NCBI GenBank assembly: GCA_000830295.1 | Contig: CP010425.1 | Location: 992,001 to 1,056,000, forward strand | Source of the DNA: an archaeon GW2011_AR15 | GTDB taxonomy: Archaea > Nanobdellota > Nanobdellia > Woesearchaeales > GW2011-AR15 | Reading direction: 5' to 3' | DNA length: 64,000 bases | Part shown: one piece after another, positions 53,220 through 62,881 of the stretch | Numbering within the stretch: position 1 is the stretch's first letter | Layout: each line of letters begins with the position of its first letter | Notes under the pieces: model-generated | The model's database searches: none | What the model saw: only the letters and a program-made list of their open reading frames with translations | What the model was told of the DNA's origin: nothing | Translations under genes and position numbers: made by a program

Positions 53220-54557
53220 CTAGAAATAAATCATGGATTTGTCTGCCATCTTTTTTGTTATAATAATGTCTTTAAAAATTGATTCTGAAGTCTTTACTGC
53301 AAATTCCCTTGCAGTTTTTTCCTCTATTTCACTGAAATTAGTATATCCCTGCCTCTTTTTTACAAAATTTATTATTTCATCTGATTTTGTCTCTTTCCTG
53401 TAGAGCATCTCCATGAAATTCTTTATCGGAGCTCTCATCTCAATGGTCGTTATCTTTTTAACCAGGCTAAGGAGGGATTTGCAGTATCTGTACACCTTTT
53501 CTGATTCAAAACCATAAAATGCTGATTCTTTTTCAAGCAGCTTCAAAGTTGCCATATCAGGAACATAAAGCTCATTATCCTCAAGTTTGAAAGGCTCATG
53601 ACTGCCTGCTTCTCCCGGAACAACCCTTACTTTGTTATTCTGGACAAATTTTGACAGTGAATTCAGCACGCTGGTCATGGCAACGACATTGTTCAGCGTA
53701 TTCATATCTGAGCCTCTTGATTCGATAGTTGCATGGCTTGTTATTTTTACCGGCTTCCATGATGAATCCAGGAGCGAAAATTCTTTTTTTGCAAAATCCT
53801 GCCTTGTAAGGTTATGGATTTTAAGGAGTGAAGACCACTTTCTTGACAATTCCAGTGTGCTCTCGGAAACTGCTTTAAAAGTCGGTTTATAGCTATTTAG
53901 CATTCCAAACTCAGGGTATCGGGAATATAAGGAGTTCTCATAACCAAACTCTGAATCCCCCCTGTAGGCTATTACCCTGCCATCTTTCCCTTCAAGCCGG
54001 GATTCATAATATGGGCTTGACTGCATAAATGTCGTAATTGCCGGGTCAAGTGCAACATAAAGGTTGTAAAGATTCAGAATCTTCTGCTGCTGGATCTCTT
54101 TCAGGTCAATGTAGAAATATTTTGTAATCAGGTTGAAGGATTTTCTCGGGAGCGAATAGTGGTAATGGAAGCCAATGCATTTTCTTGCATTTTCAAATTC
54201 TTTTTTTCCGAGTATTCTCTCTTTTGCAAAATATCTCCTGTCTTCAGTTATTCTTGTTGTGTTCTTCCCGGGATAGCTTCCATAATAGTATATCCCAAGC
54301 TCGTTGTTTTCCAGTTCATAGACCAATGACTCAAAATCACGAAAAAAATTACCGAATATTTCCCTGGAGGACATATGCGGAAAACTTGCAACTTCAAGCA
54401 TTGATTGCCCGCATTCTTTTTTTAACTCAATTTCCTTGAGCTGCCTTTTTGAATCTCTTAATATTGCTGCTGCCTTGTTTGCTATTTTCCCTTCGTGGTT
54501 CAGGAGGAAGAACTCAAGCTCCATCCCAAACAACTTTGATATGCTGAACTCCATCAT
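53220..54557 (-). CDS. glutamate--cysteine ligase (GCS2)-family protein
   Basis: GMELEFFL, MLEV, GFHYH, SSPY, TIESRGSD. Confidence 0.72.
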   Translation of the reverse strand: MMEFSISKLFGMELEFFLLNHEGKIANKAAAILRDSKRQLKEIELKKECGQSMLEVASFPHMSSREIFGNFFRDFESLVYELENNELGIYYYGSYPGKNTTRITEDRRYFAKERILGKKEFENARKCIGFHYHYSLPRKSFNLITKYFYIDLKEIQQQKILNLYNLYVALDPAITTFMQSSPYYESRLEGKDGRVIAYRGDSEFGYENSLYSRYPEFGMLNSYKPTFKAVSESTLELSRKWSSLLKIHNLTRQDFAKKEFSLLDSSWKPVKITSHATIESRGSDMNTLNNVVAMTSVLNSLSKFVQNNKVRVVPGEAGSHEPFKLEDNELYVPDMATLKLLEKESAFYGFESEKVYRYCKSLLSLVKKITTIEMRAPIKNFMEMLYRKETKSDEIINFVKKRQGYTNFSEIEEKTAREFAVKTSESIFKDIIITKKMADKSMIYF

Positions 54558-54572
54558 TCTTAAAAATAAATA

Positions 54573-54624
54573 TGCCTCGGCCGATATCCTCATTGCTCAT
54601 TCGGAAACCTGCCAGGCAATAAAC
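54573..54624. repeat. duplicate of tRNA-Glu 3' end plus short hairpin
   Basis: TGCCTCGGCCG at 54573-54583 and 54625-54635; CCGA...TCGG hairpin at 54581-54604. Confidence 0.65.
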
Positions 54625-54715
54625 TGCCTCGGCCGGGATTCGAACCCGGGTCAAAGCCTTTCTCCAATTGGATTGCGAGAGGGCTTTATGATTGGCCGGA
54701 CTACACTACCGAGGC
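54625..54715 (-). tRNA. tRNA-Glu(CUC) with 16-nt intron at 37/38
   Basis: Acceptor GCCTCGG/CCGAGGC, anticodon stem AAGCC/GGCTT, BHB. Confidence 0.93.
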
Positions 54716-54724
54716 TTGTTTGAG

Positions 54725-54811
54725 TGGGTCCAGGGGGATTCGAACCCCCGACATCTCGCTTTCTTCCAAAGTTAAGAGGCGAGCGCTCTGACCAGGCTGA
54801 GCTATGAACCC
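54725..54811 (-). tRNA. tRNA-Lys(CUU) with 12-nt intron at 37/38
   Basis: Acceptor GGGTTCA/TGGACCC, anticodon stem CTCGC/GCGAG. Confidence 0.92.
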
Positions 54812-54907
54812 GTGAAAAGAGCAAAATTTCAGGGGATTTAAAAATGTTTAGGAAATCTGGAATCCCAAACAGTAAAGCTTTTAACGAAATTCAAAATCAG
54901 ATTAGGC

Positions 54908-56233
54908 ATGGACAGAAAAACAACGAAGAAAAACCTTCTGTATTCGATATTTGACGGCACATTCTATTCGATTATGGTCGGTTTCGGAGAGTCTTTTTTC
55001 ATGGCTTTTGGTGTTTTTCTCAAGGCAAACATTTTTGAGCAGGGCCTGATAGGCTCATTGCCCCAGTCACTAGGATACTTTTTTGAGATTTTTTCAGACA
55101 GGCTTCTTAGGATAATAAAGTCAAGAAAGCTTATGGTTCTCATAGGTGCATTCATCCAGGGAATTATGTATATCCCGGTAATGCTTATATTCCTCTTTGG
55201 AGGGAGTAAGATTCCTCTGCTTATCCTCTTTATATCCCTCTATTGGATAGTTGGGATGATAATATCCCCCCCATGGAACAGCTGGATGAGCGATATTGTG
55301 CCTGTAAAAGAAAGGGGGAGATATTTCGGGAGAAGGACAAAGATTGCAGGTGTTGCTTCTTTTGTGGCATATATTTTTGGTGGATTGCTGCTCCAGTGGT
55401 TTGGAGGGCAGTATCAATATCTGGGATATGCTCTGATATTTGGGATTGCCTTTGTCTCAAGGATGGTTTCCTTTTCTTTCCTGCTAAAACAGGACGAGCC
55501 GGAATATAAAATCCCTGCTGAAAGATATAAGTTCAGGCATTTTGTGTCTTCTCTCTTCAAATCAAATTTCGGGACATTTACCCTCTATATGTTTATACTG
55601 AACTTTTCAGTCCAGATTGCTGCCCCTTTCTTTATCCCGTATATGCTGAATGATCTCAAAATGGATTATATAACCCTTACAGTTATTACAGCTACATCCA
55701 TGCTTGTGAAATATATGTCCATGCCTGGCTGGGGAAAAATAATAGACACATACGGAGCAAGAATCGTGCTGAAATTTACAGGGTATCTTATTCCTATAGT
55801 ACCTATAATGTGGGCTTTCAGCGCAAACTTCTATTATCTTATGTTTGCCCAGGTCCTGTCAGGATTCATATGGTCAGGCTTTGAGCTTGCTTCTGTAAAC
55901 TTCATGTTCGATACAACACCATATGACAAGAGGGCAGCTATGATAGCATACTATAATGTAGTCTATGGTGTTTCAAATATCAGCGGAGCATTGCTCGGCA
56001 GCTGGATTGCCACCCTGCCATTCATATTCTCGGGCTACAAACTGCTTTTTGTAGTCAGCGGGCTGCTTAGATTTGCTGCACCATTAATCTTTGTGCACAA
56101 GATAGAGGAAGAAAGAGAAGTGCCGGCACTTGGTTATGACAAACTGTTGTTTAAGATAATGACAATAAGACCAACAAGGGGGTTCTTGATTAACATCATT
56201 CCTATCCCGAGAAGGCCCCATAAAAAAAAGTAG
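54908..56233 (+). CDS. MFS transporter
   Basis: About 12 TM segments; WNSWMSDIVP..ERGRYFG and WGKIIDTYG loops. Confidence 0.9.
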   Translation: MDRKTTKKNLLYSIFDGTFYSIMVGFGESFFMAFGVFLKANIFEQGLIGSLPQSLGYFFEIFSDRLLRIIKSRKLMVLIGAFIQGIMYIPVMLIFLFGGSKIPLLILFISLYWIVGMIISPPWNSWMSDIVPVKERGRYFGRRTKIAGVASFVAYIFGGLLLQWFGGQYQYLGYALIFGIAFVSRMVSFSFLLKQDEPEYKIPAERYKFRHFVSSLFKSNFGTFTLYMFILNFSVQIAAPFFIPYMLNDLKMDYITLTVITATSMLVKYMSMPGWGKIIDTYGARIVLKFTGYLIPIVPIMWAFSANFYYLMFAQVLSGFIWSGFELASVNFMFDTTPYDKRAAMIAYYNVVYGVSNISGALLGSWIATLPFIFSGYKLLFVVSGLLRFAAPLIFVHKIEEEREVPALGYDKLLFKIMTIRPTRGFLINIIPIPRRPHKKK

Positions 56234-56237
56234 ATTA

Positions 56238-56720
56238 TTAGCTGGCAAGAACCCGTTCTTTTTCAGCTTTCTTCACTGGATTATTTCCCATTGCATATAC
56301 AATTGGTTTTTCTCCAAGAGCAAGAACTGATAAATCAACAATATCATGTGTCAGGCCGATTTCTCTTAATCTATGTAGTACTCTTAGCTCGCTGAAAGGA
56401 ATCTCTATGCCTCTTTCCGGAGCTATCTGGAAATATATTGTATCTCTCCTAATCCTTTCGTCTGCCTGTTCAATTGTCGTATAGATATCAGACATAAGCT
56501 CGCCAAGTTTAGTTCTTTCAGAATATGGCCCTTTGCTCCCGAAATGATCAAAGCTGAGAAGCGCATGATAATTATCACCAATTCTTTCTACAAGATTAAC
56601 CCCTGATTTAGGTTCGTCAACAGCAAAAACAGTATTACCATATGGGTGCTTAGGAACCATCTGAAGGCCAAAGGGACCTATTGTTGTATTAATATAGACT
56701 AGATAATCCGAATTGCTCAT
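56238..56720 (-). CDS. hypothetical protein
   Basis: 160-aa ORF. Confidence 0.6.
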   Translation of the reverse strand: MSNSDYLVYINTTIGPFGLQMVPKHPYGNTVFAVDEPKSGVNLVERIGDNYHALLSFDHFGSKGPYSERTKLGELMSDIYTTIEQADERIRRDTIYFQIAPERGIEIPFSELRVLHRLREIGLTHDIVDLSVLALGEKPIVYAMGNNPVKKAEKERVLAS

Positions 56721-56775
56721 TTTAATCGAGCTAGATTAAAGTTATATTTAAAGCTATATCTAGATAGCTTTTTAA

Positions 56776-57111
56776 TTGCCACTCACATCCATAAAATTAC
56801 TGGATATACTTCAAATATGCCAATCGTGCAGGAGTTGCTGTGTTGGGACAGACATAAGGCTGACTGATTCTGATATAGAAAGATGGAAAAGAGAGGAAAG
56901 GCTGGATATACTGCTGTCCATTAATCCCCTTATCGGAGGTTCACGGCAGCTTATAAAGAAGAGGCACAATGATGACTGTATTTTCCTGGCAGACGACGGA
57001 AGCTGCCAAATACATGAGACCAAGCCATACATATGCCAGCGCTTTCCCACCTCTTTAAAGCACGCGCAGGTTTTTAAATGCAAACTCATAGGAAAAGTGC
57101 CGTTAAAATGA
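56776..57111 (+). CDS. YkgJ-family (CxxCxxCC) cysteine cluster protein
   Basis: CQSCRSCC, CIFL...CQIHETKPYICQRFP. Confidence 0.88.
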   Translation: MPLTSIKLLDILQICQSCRSCCVGTDIRLTDSDIERWKREERLDILLSINPLIGGSRQLIKKRHNDDCIFLADDGSCQIHETKPYICQRFPTSLKHAQVFKCKLIGKVPLK

Positions 57112-57170
57112 TAAATATTTAAACTAGTTCATCTTTTAGTATACTGATTTAGTAAAATGACCTCATAGAG

Positions 57171-57497
57171 GTGGTCAAAATGACAAACTACACTTGCTAC
57201 AAATGCAAAAAAGAATACGGCAGCGATGAAATAAGGTTAAATGCTGACAGAAAACTGGTATGCGTTTACTGCCTTGGCACAAAAAAACATGCTGAAGTAA
57301 AAGAGCCTAAAATTGACAAGATTGAAGAAACAATTGAGTATGTATGCAATAACTGCCATTACTTATTCAAGAGAAAGGCGTCTGTTCTGTTCATGCACTG
57401 CCCATACTGCGGCCAGGAAGGAAAGATAATAGCAAAAAAGAATATGGACAGCGACATGATATTAAGTGATAGTATGGATGCAAAATACAGCTACTGA
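57171..57497 (+). CDS. double zinc-ribbon protein
   Basis: Four CxxC motifs. Confidence 0.75.
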   Translation: MVKMTNYTCYKCKKEYGSDEIRLNADRKLVCVYCLGTKKHAEVKEPKIDKIEETIEYVCNNCHYLFKRKASVLFMHCPYCGQEGKIIAKKNMDSDMILSDSMDAKYSY

Positions 57498-58438
57498 AGC
57501 AGCTTTTTTACTTCTTTTATTATCCTTTTTTCAGTTAATCCGTATTTTTCAAGAAGGTCTTTTGCATTCCCTGATTCCCCAAACCTGTCTTCCATCCCTA
57601 TGATTTTTAATCTTGCTGGATACTCTTGGGAAAGCACTTCTGCAACAGCTCCTCCAAGCCCCCCGTTTACCTGATGCTCTTCTGCTGTTACAATAGCTTT
57701 TGTCTGTTTTGCTGCTTTTATTATTGCCTCTCTGTCTATTGGCTTTATAGTATGCATGTTTATTACAGCAGCGGAGATTCCCTCTTTCTCAAGGGATTCA
57801 GCAGCAAGAAGTGAATAATAGACCATCAGCCCGCAGGCGATTATTGTTATATCTTTTCCTTTCCTGAGATGGACTGCCTTTCCTATCTCAAAAGGCGTTT
57901 CTTCTGTTGTGAATACGGGTGTTTTTTCCCTCCCAAGCCTGACATAAGCCGGGCCTTTCATTTCTGCAACTGCCTCTATTGCCTTTTCTGCCTCAAGGGC
58001 ATCTGCAGGCACAATGACCTTTATGTTGGGAGTTGCCCTCATCATTGCAATATCTTCCATCATCTGATGCGTGGCTCCATCCGGCCCTACTGTCAGCCCT
58101 GCATGCGTAGAGACAAGCTTTACATTTAGGTTGGAATAGCACACAGACTGCCTTATATGGTCGTAGCATCTTCCGGGAAGGAAGGTTGCAAATGAGCTTG
58201 GGAAAGGTATTTTTCCTGCCAGTGCAAGGCCTGCTGCCATGCCAATCATGTTCTGCTCGGCAATTCCTGCCTCAATATATCTGTCAGGGAATTTTTCTCT
58301 GAATTCGTATGCCCTTGTTGAATCCCCTACGCTAGCTGAAAGCGCAACAATATTCTTATTTTTCTCTCCAAGCCTGATCAGGGCCTTTCCGAATCCATCC
58401 CTTGTTGCCAGCTTTTTTTCGTTTTTTAGGTTGTACAT
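57491..58438 (-). CDS. transketolase, C-terminal subunit
   Basis: GIAEQNM, GPDGATHQ, AEEHQVNGGLG. Confidence 0.93.
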   Translation of the reverse strand: MYNLKNEKKLATRDGFGKALIRLGEKNKNIVALSASVGDSTRAYEFREKFPDRYIEAGIAEQNMIGMAAGLALAGKIPFPSSFATFLPGRCYDHIRQSVCYSNLNVKLVSTHAGLTVGPDGATHQMMEDIAMMRATPNIKVIVPADALEAEKAIEAVAEMKGPAYVRLGREKTPVFTTEETPFEIGKAVHLRKGKDITIIACGLMVYYSLLAAESLEKEGISAAVINMHTIKPIDREAIIKAAKQTKAIVTAEEHQVNGGLGGAVAEVLSQEYPARLKIIGMEDRFGESGNAKDLLEKYGLTEKRIIKEVKKLLQ

Positions 58439-59251
58439 TTACTTCTCCTCTATCTCTTTCAGAGCCTGCTCTTTCTGCTTGTCATCGGGAGCAACGCCAT
58501 GCCATTCGAAATTGTCAAGCACAAATGAAACACCCTGGCCCATGTGTGTATGGAATATTATGAAAGAAGGGCCTTTTTTGTTGTTTTTTGCTTTTTCAAA
58601 AGTATCAATTATTTGTTTAAAATCATGTCCGTCTGCTTCATAGACCGTCCAGTTGAATGCCTCTACTTTATCTTTAAGAGGATCAAGCGCCATCATCTCC
58701 TCTGTTTTTCCTGCCTGCTGGACCATATTCCTGTCCACAAAAGCTATCAGATTGCCAAGTTTATAATGAGCTCCTGCCATAAGAGCCTCCCAGATTGAGC
58801 CTTCTTCCATCTCCCCATCACCAAGTCCGACAAACACATGGCTTTTCTTTTTATCCATCTTATAGCCTATTGCAAGACCTACAGATGCAGGGAATCCCTG
58901 ACCAAGAGAGCCTGTTGACAACTCTACAAGCGGGATGTCGATATTTGCAGGGTGACCCTGAAGCCTTGAGTTTACCTGCCTTAATGTCATGAGCTCTTTC
59001 TCAGGGATAAAGCCAGCTTCGGCAAGAGCAGCATACCAGACAGGATTTATATGGCCGTTGGAAAGAATGAACCTGTCCCTATCTTCCTTATCAGTGTGAA
59101 TGCTTTTTTCAAATACCCTAAAATAGAGAGCTGCAAAAACATCCGCCATGCCAAGTGATCCGCCAGTATGGCCGCTTCCTGCCTTGTTCAGCATGAGAAT
59201 TATTTTTTTTCTGATATCTTTAGCATGCTGCTTTAAGTCATCATACCCCAT
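58439..59251 (-). CDS. transketolase, N-terminal subunit
   Basis: SGHTGGSLG, LSNGH, LQGHP, GDGE (TPP motif). Confidence 0.93.
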   Translation of the reverse strand: MGYDDLKQHAKDIRKKIILMLNKAGSGHTGGSLGMADVFAALYFRVFEKSIHTDKEDRDRFILSNGHINPVWYAALAEAGFIPEKELMTLRQVNSRLQGHPANIDIPLVELSTGSLGQGFPASVGLAIGYKMDKKKSHVFVGLGDGEMEEGSIWEALMAGAHYKLGNLIAFVDRNMVQQAGKTEEMMALDPLKDKVEAFNWTVYEADGHDFKQIIDTFEKAKNNKKGPSFIIFHTHMGQGVSFVLDNFEWHGVAPDDKQKEQALKEIEEK

Positions 59252-59276
59252 AATTAAACCCCCAATGGCGGAAAGT

Positions 59277-59684
59277 TTATAAAAGTTTTGATGGATTTTT
59301 CTGGTGGCCATAGAGTCCCAGATAAAATTGAAGATTTTCAAATACCTGTCTTTCAGAATTATCCATCCGTGATAATGAGATTATTGTTATTTTATATCCG
59401 AGAGTGCCATATCTGGCGCCGTAATCCCTTTCCTTTATTATTGAATAAACTTCTGGTGACATAAACACCTGATAAGAAGCATCATGCCTGTGCACACCAA
59501 AACCATTCAGGTAAAGCCCCTGTCTTGATTTAACCTCATCAACACCAAATTCAAGGGGCAGCTGTATCCTGGTATCTGCGTATTTTATTATTGTCCCTTC
59601 CAATATATTATTTTCAAGATTGTCTATCTCTCCAGAAGTCAGGAATATATCAATGTCATTATCTGAACCAAGTCCAGCTATCAT
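59277..59684 (-). CDS. hypothetical protein
   Basis: ORF directly downstream of ftsZ. Confidence 0.55.
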   Translation of the reverse strand: MIAGLGSDNDIDIFLTSGEIDNLENNILEGTIIKYADTRIQLPLEFGVDEVKSRQGLYLNGFGVHRHDASYQVFMSPEVYSIIKERDYGARYGTLGYKITIISLSRMDNSERQVFENLQFYLGLYGHQKNPSKLL

Positions 59685-59698
59685 ATTAGAAATAAAGA

Positions 59699-60826
59699 TT
59701 AGTCGACAAACTCTATCCCAAGCTCGGTTTCCATGTCTTCTTTCTGCTTTGTGACAAGCTTTTTATCCTTGCCGAAAATCTGGGTGCTTTTCACTCCGGT
59801 AATAATGAGTATTGTTCTTATTGTCCCCTGAAGGTCTTCTGAGATTGACGCTCCCCAGATAACTCTTGCATCCTCATCAAGCTTGCTTGACACTGTTTCA
59901 ACAACTCTTCTTGCTTCTTCAAGTGTCATATCCGGTCCGCCTGAAACATTTATCAATGCGCCTGTTGAGCCAGTTATATCAACATCAAGAAGAGGGTTCT
60001 CGATTGCTTTCTCAACTGCTTCTATTGCCCTGTTTTCTGTGTCAGATTCACCTACACCTATAAGGGCGACCCCCCCTGAACTCATGATAGCTTTTATATC
60101 AGCAAAATCCAGATTGACAAGCCCCGGCCTTGTAACGAGCTCTGCAAGCCCCTTGACTGCATTTGTAAGAATTTCATCTGCAACTTTGAATGCTGTGTGC
60201 AGAGGCAAATCAGGAGCAAGCTCAAGAAGCTTATCGTTTGGAATTACAATTAACGTGTCAACTACTGCCTCAAGCCTTTCAAGCCCAAACAGGGCGTTTT
60301 CATATCTTCTGTGGCCTTCCATTGAGAATGGCATTGTTACAATACCTATCACAAGCGCTCCCATCTTTTTCGCGGTTTCCGCAATTATCGGGGCAGATCC
60401 TGTTCCTGTTCCGCCTCCAAGCCCGCATGTGATGAAGACCATGTCAGCTCCCTGAAGTGCTGCCTTTATTTCTGATTCATTCTCTTTTGCAGCATCTTCT
60501 CCGATTTTGGGTATGCTTCCTGCTCCCAGTCCCTTTGTCAGATCCCTTCCAATCAGGATTTTTTTATCTGCGCTTGTGTATAGAAGGTCCTGCGCATCTG
60601 TATTGACTGCAATTGTCTCTGCTCCTGCAACACCCACTTCTGTTATCCTGTTTATAGTATTATTCCCTGCTCCGCCGGTGCCAACGACTTTTATAGCAGC
60701 CTTCTGCCTGGAGAGTATCTCCTCCAGCTCCTTATCAATTGCATGCGGCCTTGAAATAGAAACTCCTTTTGGTGAACTATGAAAAGCGTCTTTACCTTCG
60801 TTAACTTCAACTTGCAAAATAAACAC
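59699..60826 (-). CDS. ftsZ: cell division protein FtsZ
   Basis: GGGTGTG, NTDAQ, NLDFAD. Confidence 0.97.
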   Translation of the reverse strand: MFILQVEVNEGKDAFHSSPKGVSISRPHAIDKELEEILSRQKAAIKVVGTGGAGNNTINRITEVGVAGAETIAVNTDAQDLLYTSADKKILIGRDLTKGLGAGSIPKIGEDAAKENESEIKAALQGADMVFITCGLGGGTGTGSAPIIAETAKKMGALVIGIVTMPFSMEGHRRYENALFGLERLEAVVDTLIVIPNDKLLELAPDLPLHTAFKVADEILTNAVKGLAELVTRPGLVNLDFADIKAIMSSGGVALIGVGESDTENRAIEAVEKAIENPLLDVDITGSTGALINVSGGPDMTLEEARRVVETVSSKLDEDARVIWGASISEDLQGTIRTILIITGVKSTQIFGKDKKLVTKQKEDMETELGIEFVD

Positions 60827-60887
60827 CTCGCCCAGCTAAAACCTAGTTAAATCAATAGTAAGCTTATATTTAAAGGTATTGAAAGAA

Positions 60888-61601
60888 TTATTCTGGTTTG
60901 CTCTCTTTATTCTCGGAAGATTTTTCCTTTTTTTCAGTCTTTGGCTTTGATTCCTTGAAATCTTTCTTAAGCATAACCTCCTTTATATCCGGGATAAGTT
61001 CAGTCACTCTTTTCTTTACTGCATCAAGGACTTCCTTTGGGAACTTTTCCTCGCCGATAAGGAGAGTATTTTCTTTTAGCTCAAGTTCAGCATCTTTTAT
61101 ATTAAGCTCGTTCCTGAAAACTGCCCTTGCTTTCTCAAGGGGCGATTCAACTACCCTGGTTAATTTTGCCTCATATCTCAGGGTGCGGCCTGCCAGCGGG
61201 TGGTTGAAGTCTACTATAACCCTCCCACCTGAGACTGACCTGACTGTCCCGAAACTGTTGTCAATATTTACTTCAAGGCCCGGGAAAGGCTGTATCTCCT
61301 GCTTCCTGAATATCTTCATAGGCATCAGCTTAAGGAGTTTTGCGTTCTTTTTTCCGAATGCTTTCTCAGGCTCCAGTGTAACTTTAACAGTGGCGGGAAC
61401 TTTGCTTTCCATTATCTTTTCTTCCATTCCCTTAAGAATGTGCTCTTCACCGAGACAAACTACAACCGGCCCGAAGACAGAATTTTCTCTTGCCAGATTA
61501 TTGTCTTTGGCAGTCTTTTCATCTGTAGTGTCAAAAAGAGTGCCGTCTTCAAGCCATCCTGTATATTCAATCTCCACAAAATCATGCTTTTTTAATGACA
61601 T
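60888..61601 (-). CDS. FKBP-type peptidyl-prolyl isomerase (SlyD-like, archaeal long type)
   Basis: EYTG...FDTT, VDFNHPLAG. Confidence 0.92.
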   Translation of the reverse strand: MSLKKHDFVEIEYTGWLEDGTLFDTTDEKTAKDNNLARENSVFGPVVVCLGEEHILKGMEEKIMESKVPATVKVTLEPEKAFGKKNAKLLKLMPMKIFRKQEIQPFPGLEVNIDNSFGTVRSVSGGRVIVDFNHPLAGRTLRYEAKLTRVVESPLEKARAVFRNELNIKDAELELKENTLLIGEEKFPKEVLDAVKKRVTELIPDIKEVMLKKDFKESKPKTEKKEKSSENKESKPE

Positions 61602-61702
61602 TGTTTTTTTAGATTAAAGGCATGTTTAAAAAGCTTTCTGAGAATGAACACAAGTTTAGAAAATTTGAGATTCTGTCTAATTCAAAATAAGAATATTTAT
61701 AT

Positions 61703-61723
61703 ATTGTGTATGCATTACACTAA
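61703..61723. promoter_or_regulatory. putative NrtR operator (GTGT-N7-ACAC)
   Basis: attGTGTatgcattACACtaa between the TATA box and the nrtR start. Confidence 0.7.
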
Positions 61724-61726
61724 GAG

Positions 61727-62407
61727 ATGGAAAAATTAAGAGGCCAGATGCAGGTAGCTGTTGACGCAGTTGTATTTACAGTGGAAAATGATGTTCTAAA
61801 GATACTTCTTATAGAGAGAAGAAACCAGCCGTTCCAGGGGAGATTTGCCCTTCCCGGTGGATTTGTGAACCCAGATGAGGAATTTGAGCAGGCTGTAAAA
61901 AGAGAGCTTTTTGAGGAAACCGGCGTGAAAGACATATTTGTAAAGCAGATAGGTGCATATGGCAAAGTCAGCAGGGATCCCAGAGGAAGGATAATTTCAA
62001 TAGCCTTTCTTGCACTGATAAGCCATGACCAGAACCTAAAAGCCGCAACAGACGCAGCGAAAGTTAAATGGGCCCCGTTAAATGATCTGCCTCCGCTTGC
62101 ATTTGACCACAGGCAGATAATAAGCGACTCTCTTGAAGTCCTAAAGTTCGAAATACAAACCACAAATATCGCAAGAGAGATACTTCCTGAAGAATTTACA
62201 TTAAGCAATCTCCAGTCACTGTATGAGAATATCCTCCAAAGAAAGCTTGACAAGAGGAATTTCAGGAAAAAAATAAGGGAGCTTGAACTGGTAAAAGAAA
62301 CCGGAAAGCAATTTATGGAGGGAGCACACAGGCCTGCAATGCTATATGAATTTAGGGATAAGGAATATGAAAATTTAAAGGAAAGGATGCATGTTCTGCT
62401 AAGCTGA
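61727..62407 (+). CDS. NrtR-family regulator (Nudix plus winged HTH)
   Basis: ALPGGF..E...A..REL.EETG, RDPRGR, LAFDH, FTLSNLQ, DKRNFRKK, HRPAMLY. Confidence 0.9.
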   Translation: MEKLRGQMQVAVDAVVFTVENDVLKILLIERRNQPFQGRFALPGGFVNPDEEFEQAVKRELFEETGVKDIFVKQIGAYGKVSRDPRGRIISIAFLALISHDQNLKAATDAAKVKWAPLNDLPPLAFDHRQIISDSLEVLKFEIQTTNIAREILPEEFTLSNLQSLYENILQRKLDKRNFRKKIRELELVKETGKQFMEGAHRPAMLYEFRDKEYENLKERMHVLLS

Positions 62408-62878
62408 TTTGGTTAATGGATGATGGTCGTAATACCTATACATGCTATTAACTTCCGGATGCCTTTGTTTTGAACCATCATACACAATATAGGTCCCTAT
62501 TAGTTTTGCCCCATTCTTGGACAGAGCCTCTTTTATGCCGGTCCTTGTCCTGCCACTCCAGAGGCTGTCATCAAGGAAGAAATATCCTTCCCCTTCTGCT
62601 ATATATCCGGCTAAATCCTCTATATCATTTCCTGTCCTGATACCCCCTGTTACAACAAGAAGCCTGTTCTTTGTTTTTCTGGTTGTTAAAACATAATCTG
62701 AAAAAACTTCCCCAAATCTTCCTGACACAATAATTCCTGCATTTTCAGGGACTGCTGAATATAGGCAGTTAAAAATATCAAAATTTCTCCCTATCTCTGC
62801 ATCAAGGTTTTCATAAAATCTCTTCCCTCCCTTATGTTCCTGGAGCATTCCAACAATCAATTCTGTGAGTCTGTTCAT
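62399..62878 (-). CDS. phosphoribosyltransferase-like protein
   Basis: PRPP-binding-like motif FFLDDSLWSGRT. Confidence 0.65.
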   Translation of the reverse strand: MNRLTELIVGMLQEHKGGKRFYENLDAEIGRNFDIFNCLYSAVPENAGIIVSGRFGEVFSDYVLTTRKTKNRLLVVTGGIRTGNDIEDLAGYIAEGEGYFFLDDSLWSGRTRTGIKEALSKNGAKLIGTYIVYDGSKQRHPEVNSMYRYYDHHPLTKSA

Positions 62879-62881
62879 TTT

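Noticed and set aside
60898-61617. Long antisense ORFs (also 32455-33282, 59883-60455, 25957-26505 and others)
   Set aside because: They mirror well-supported genes on the opposite strand.
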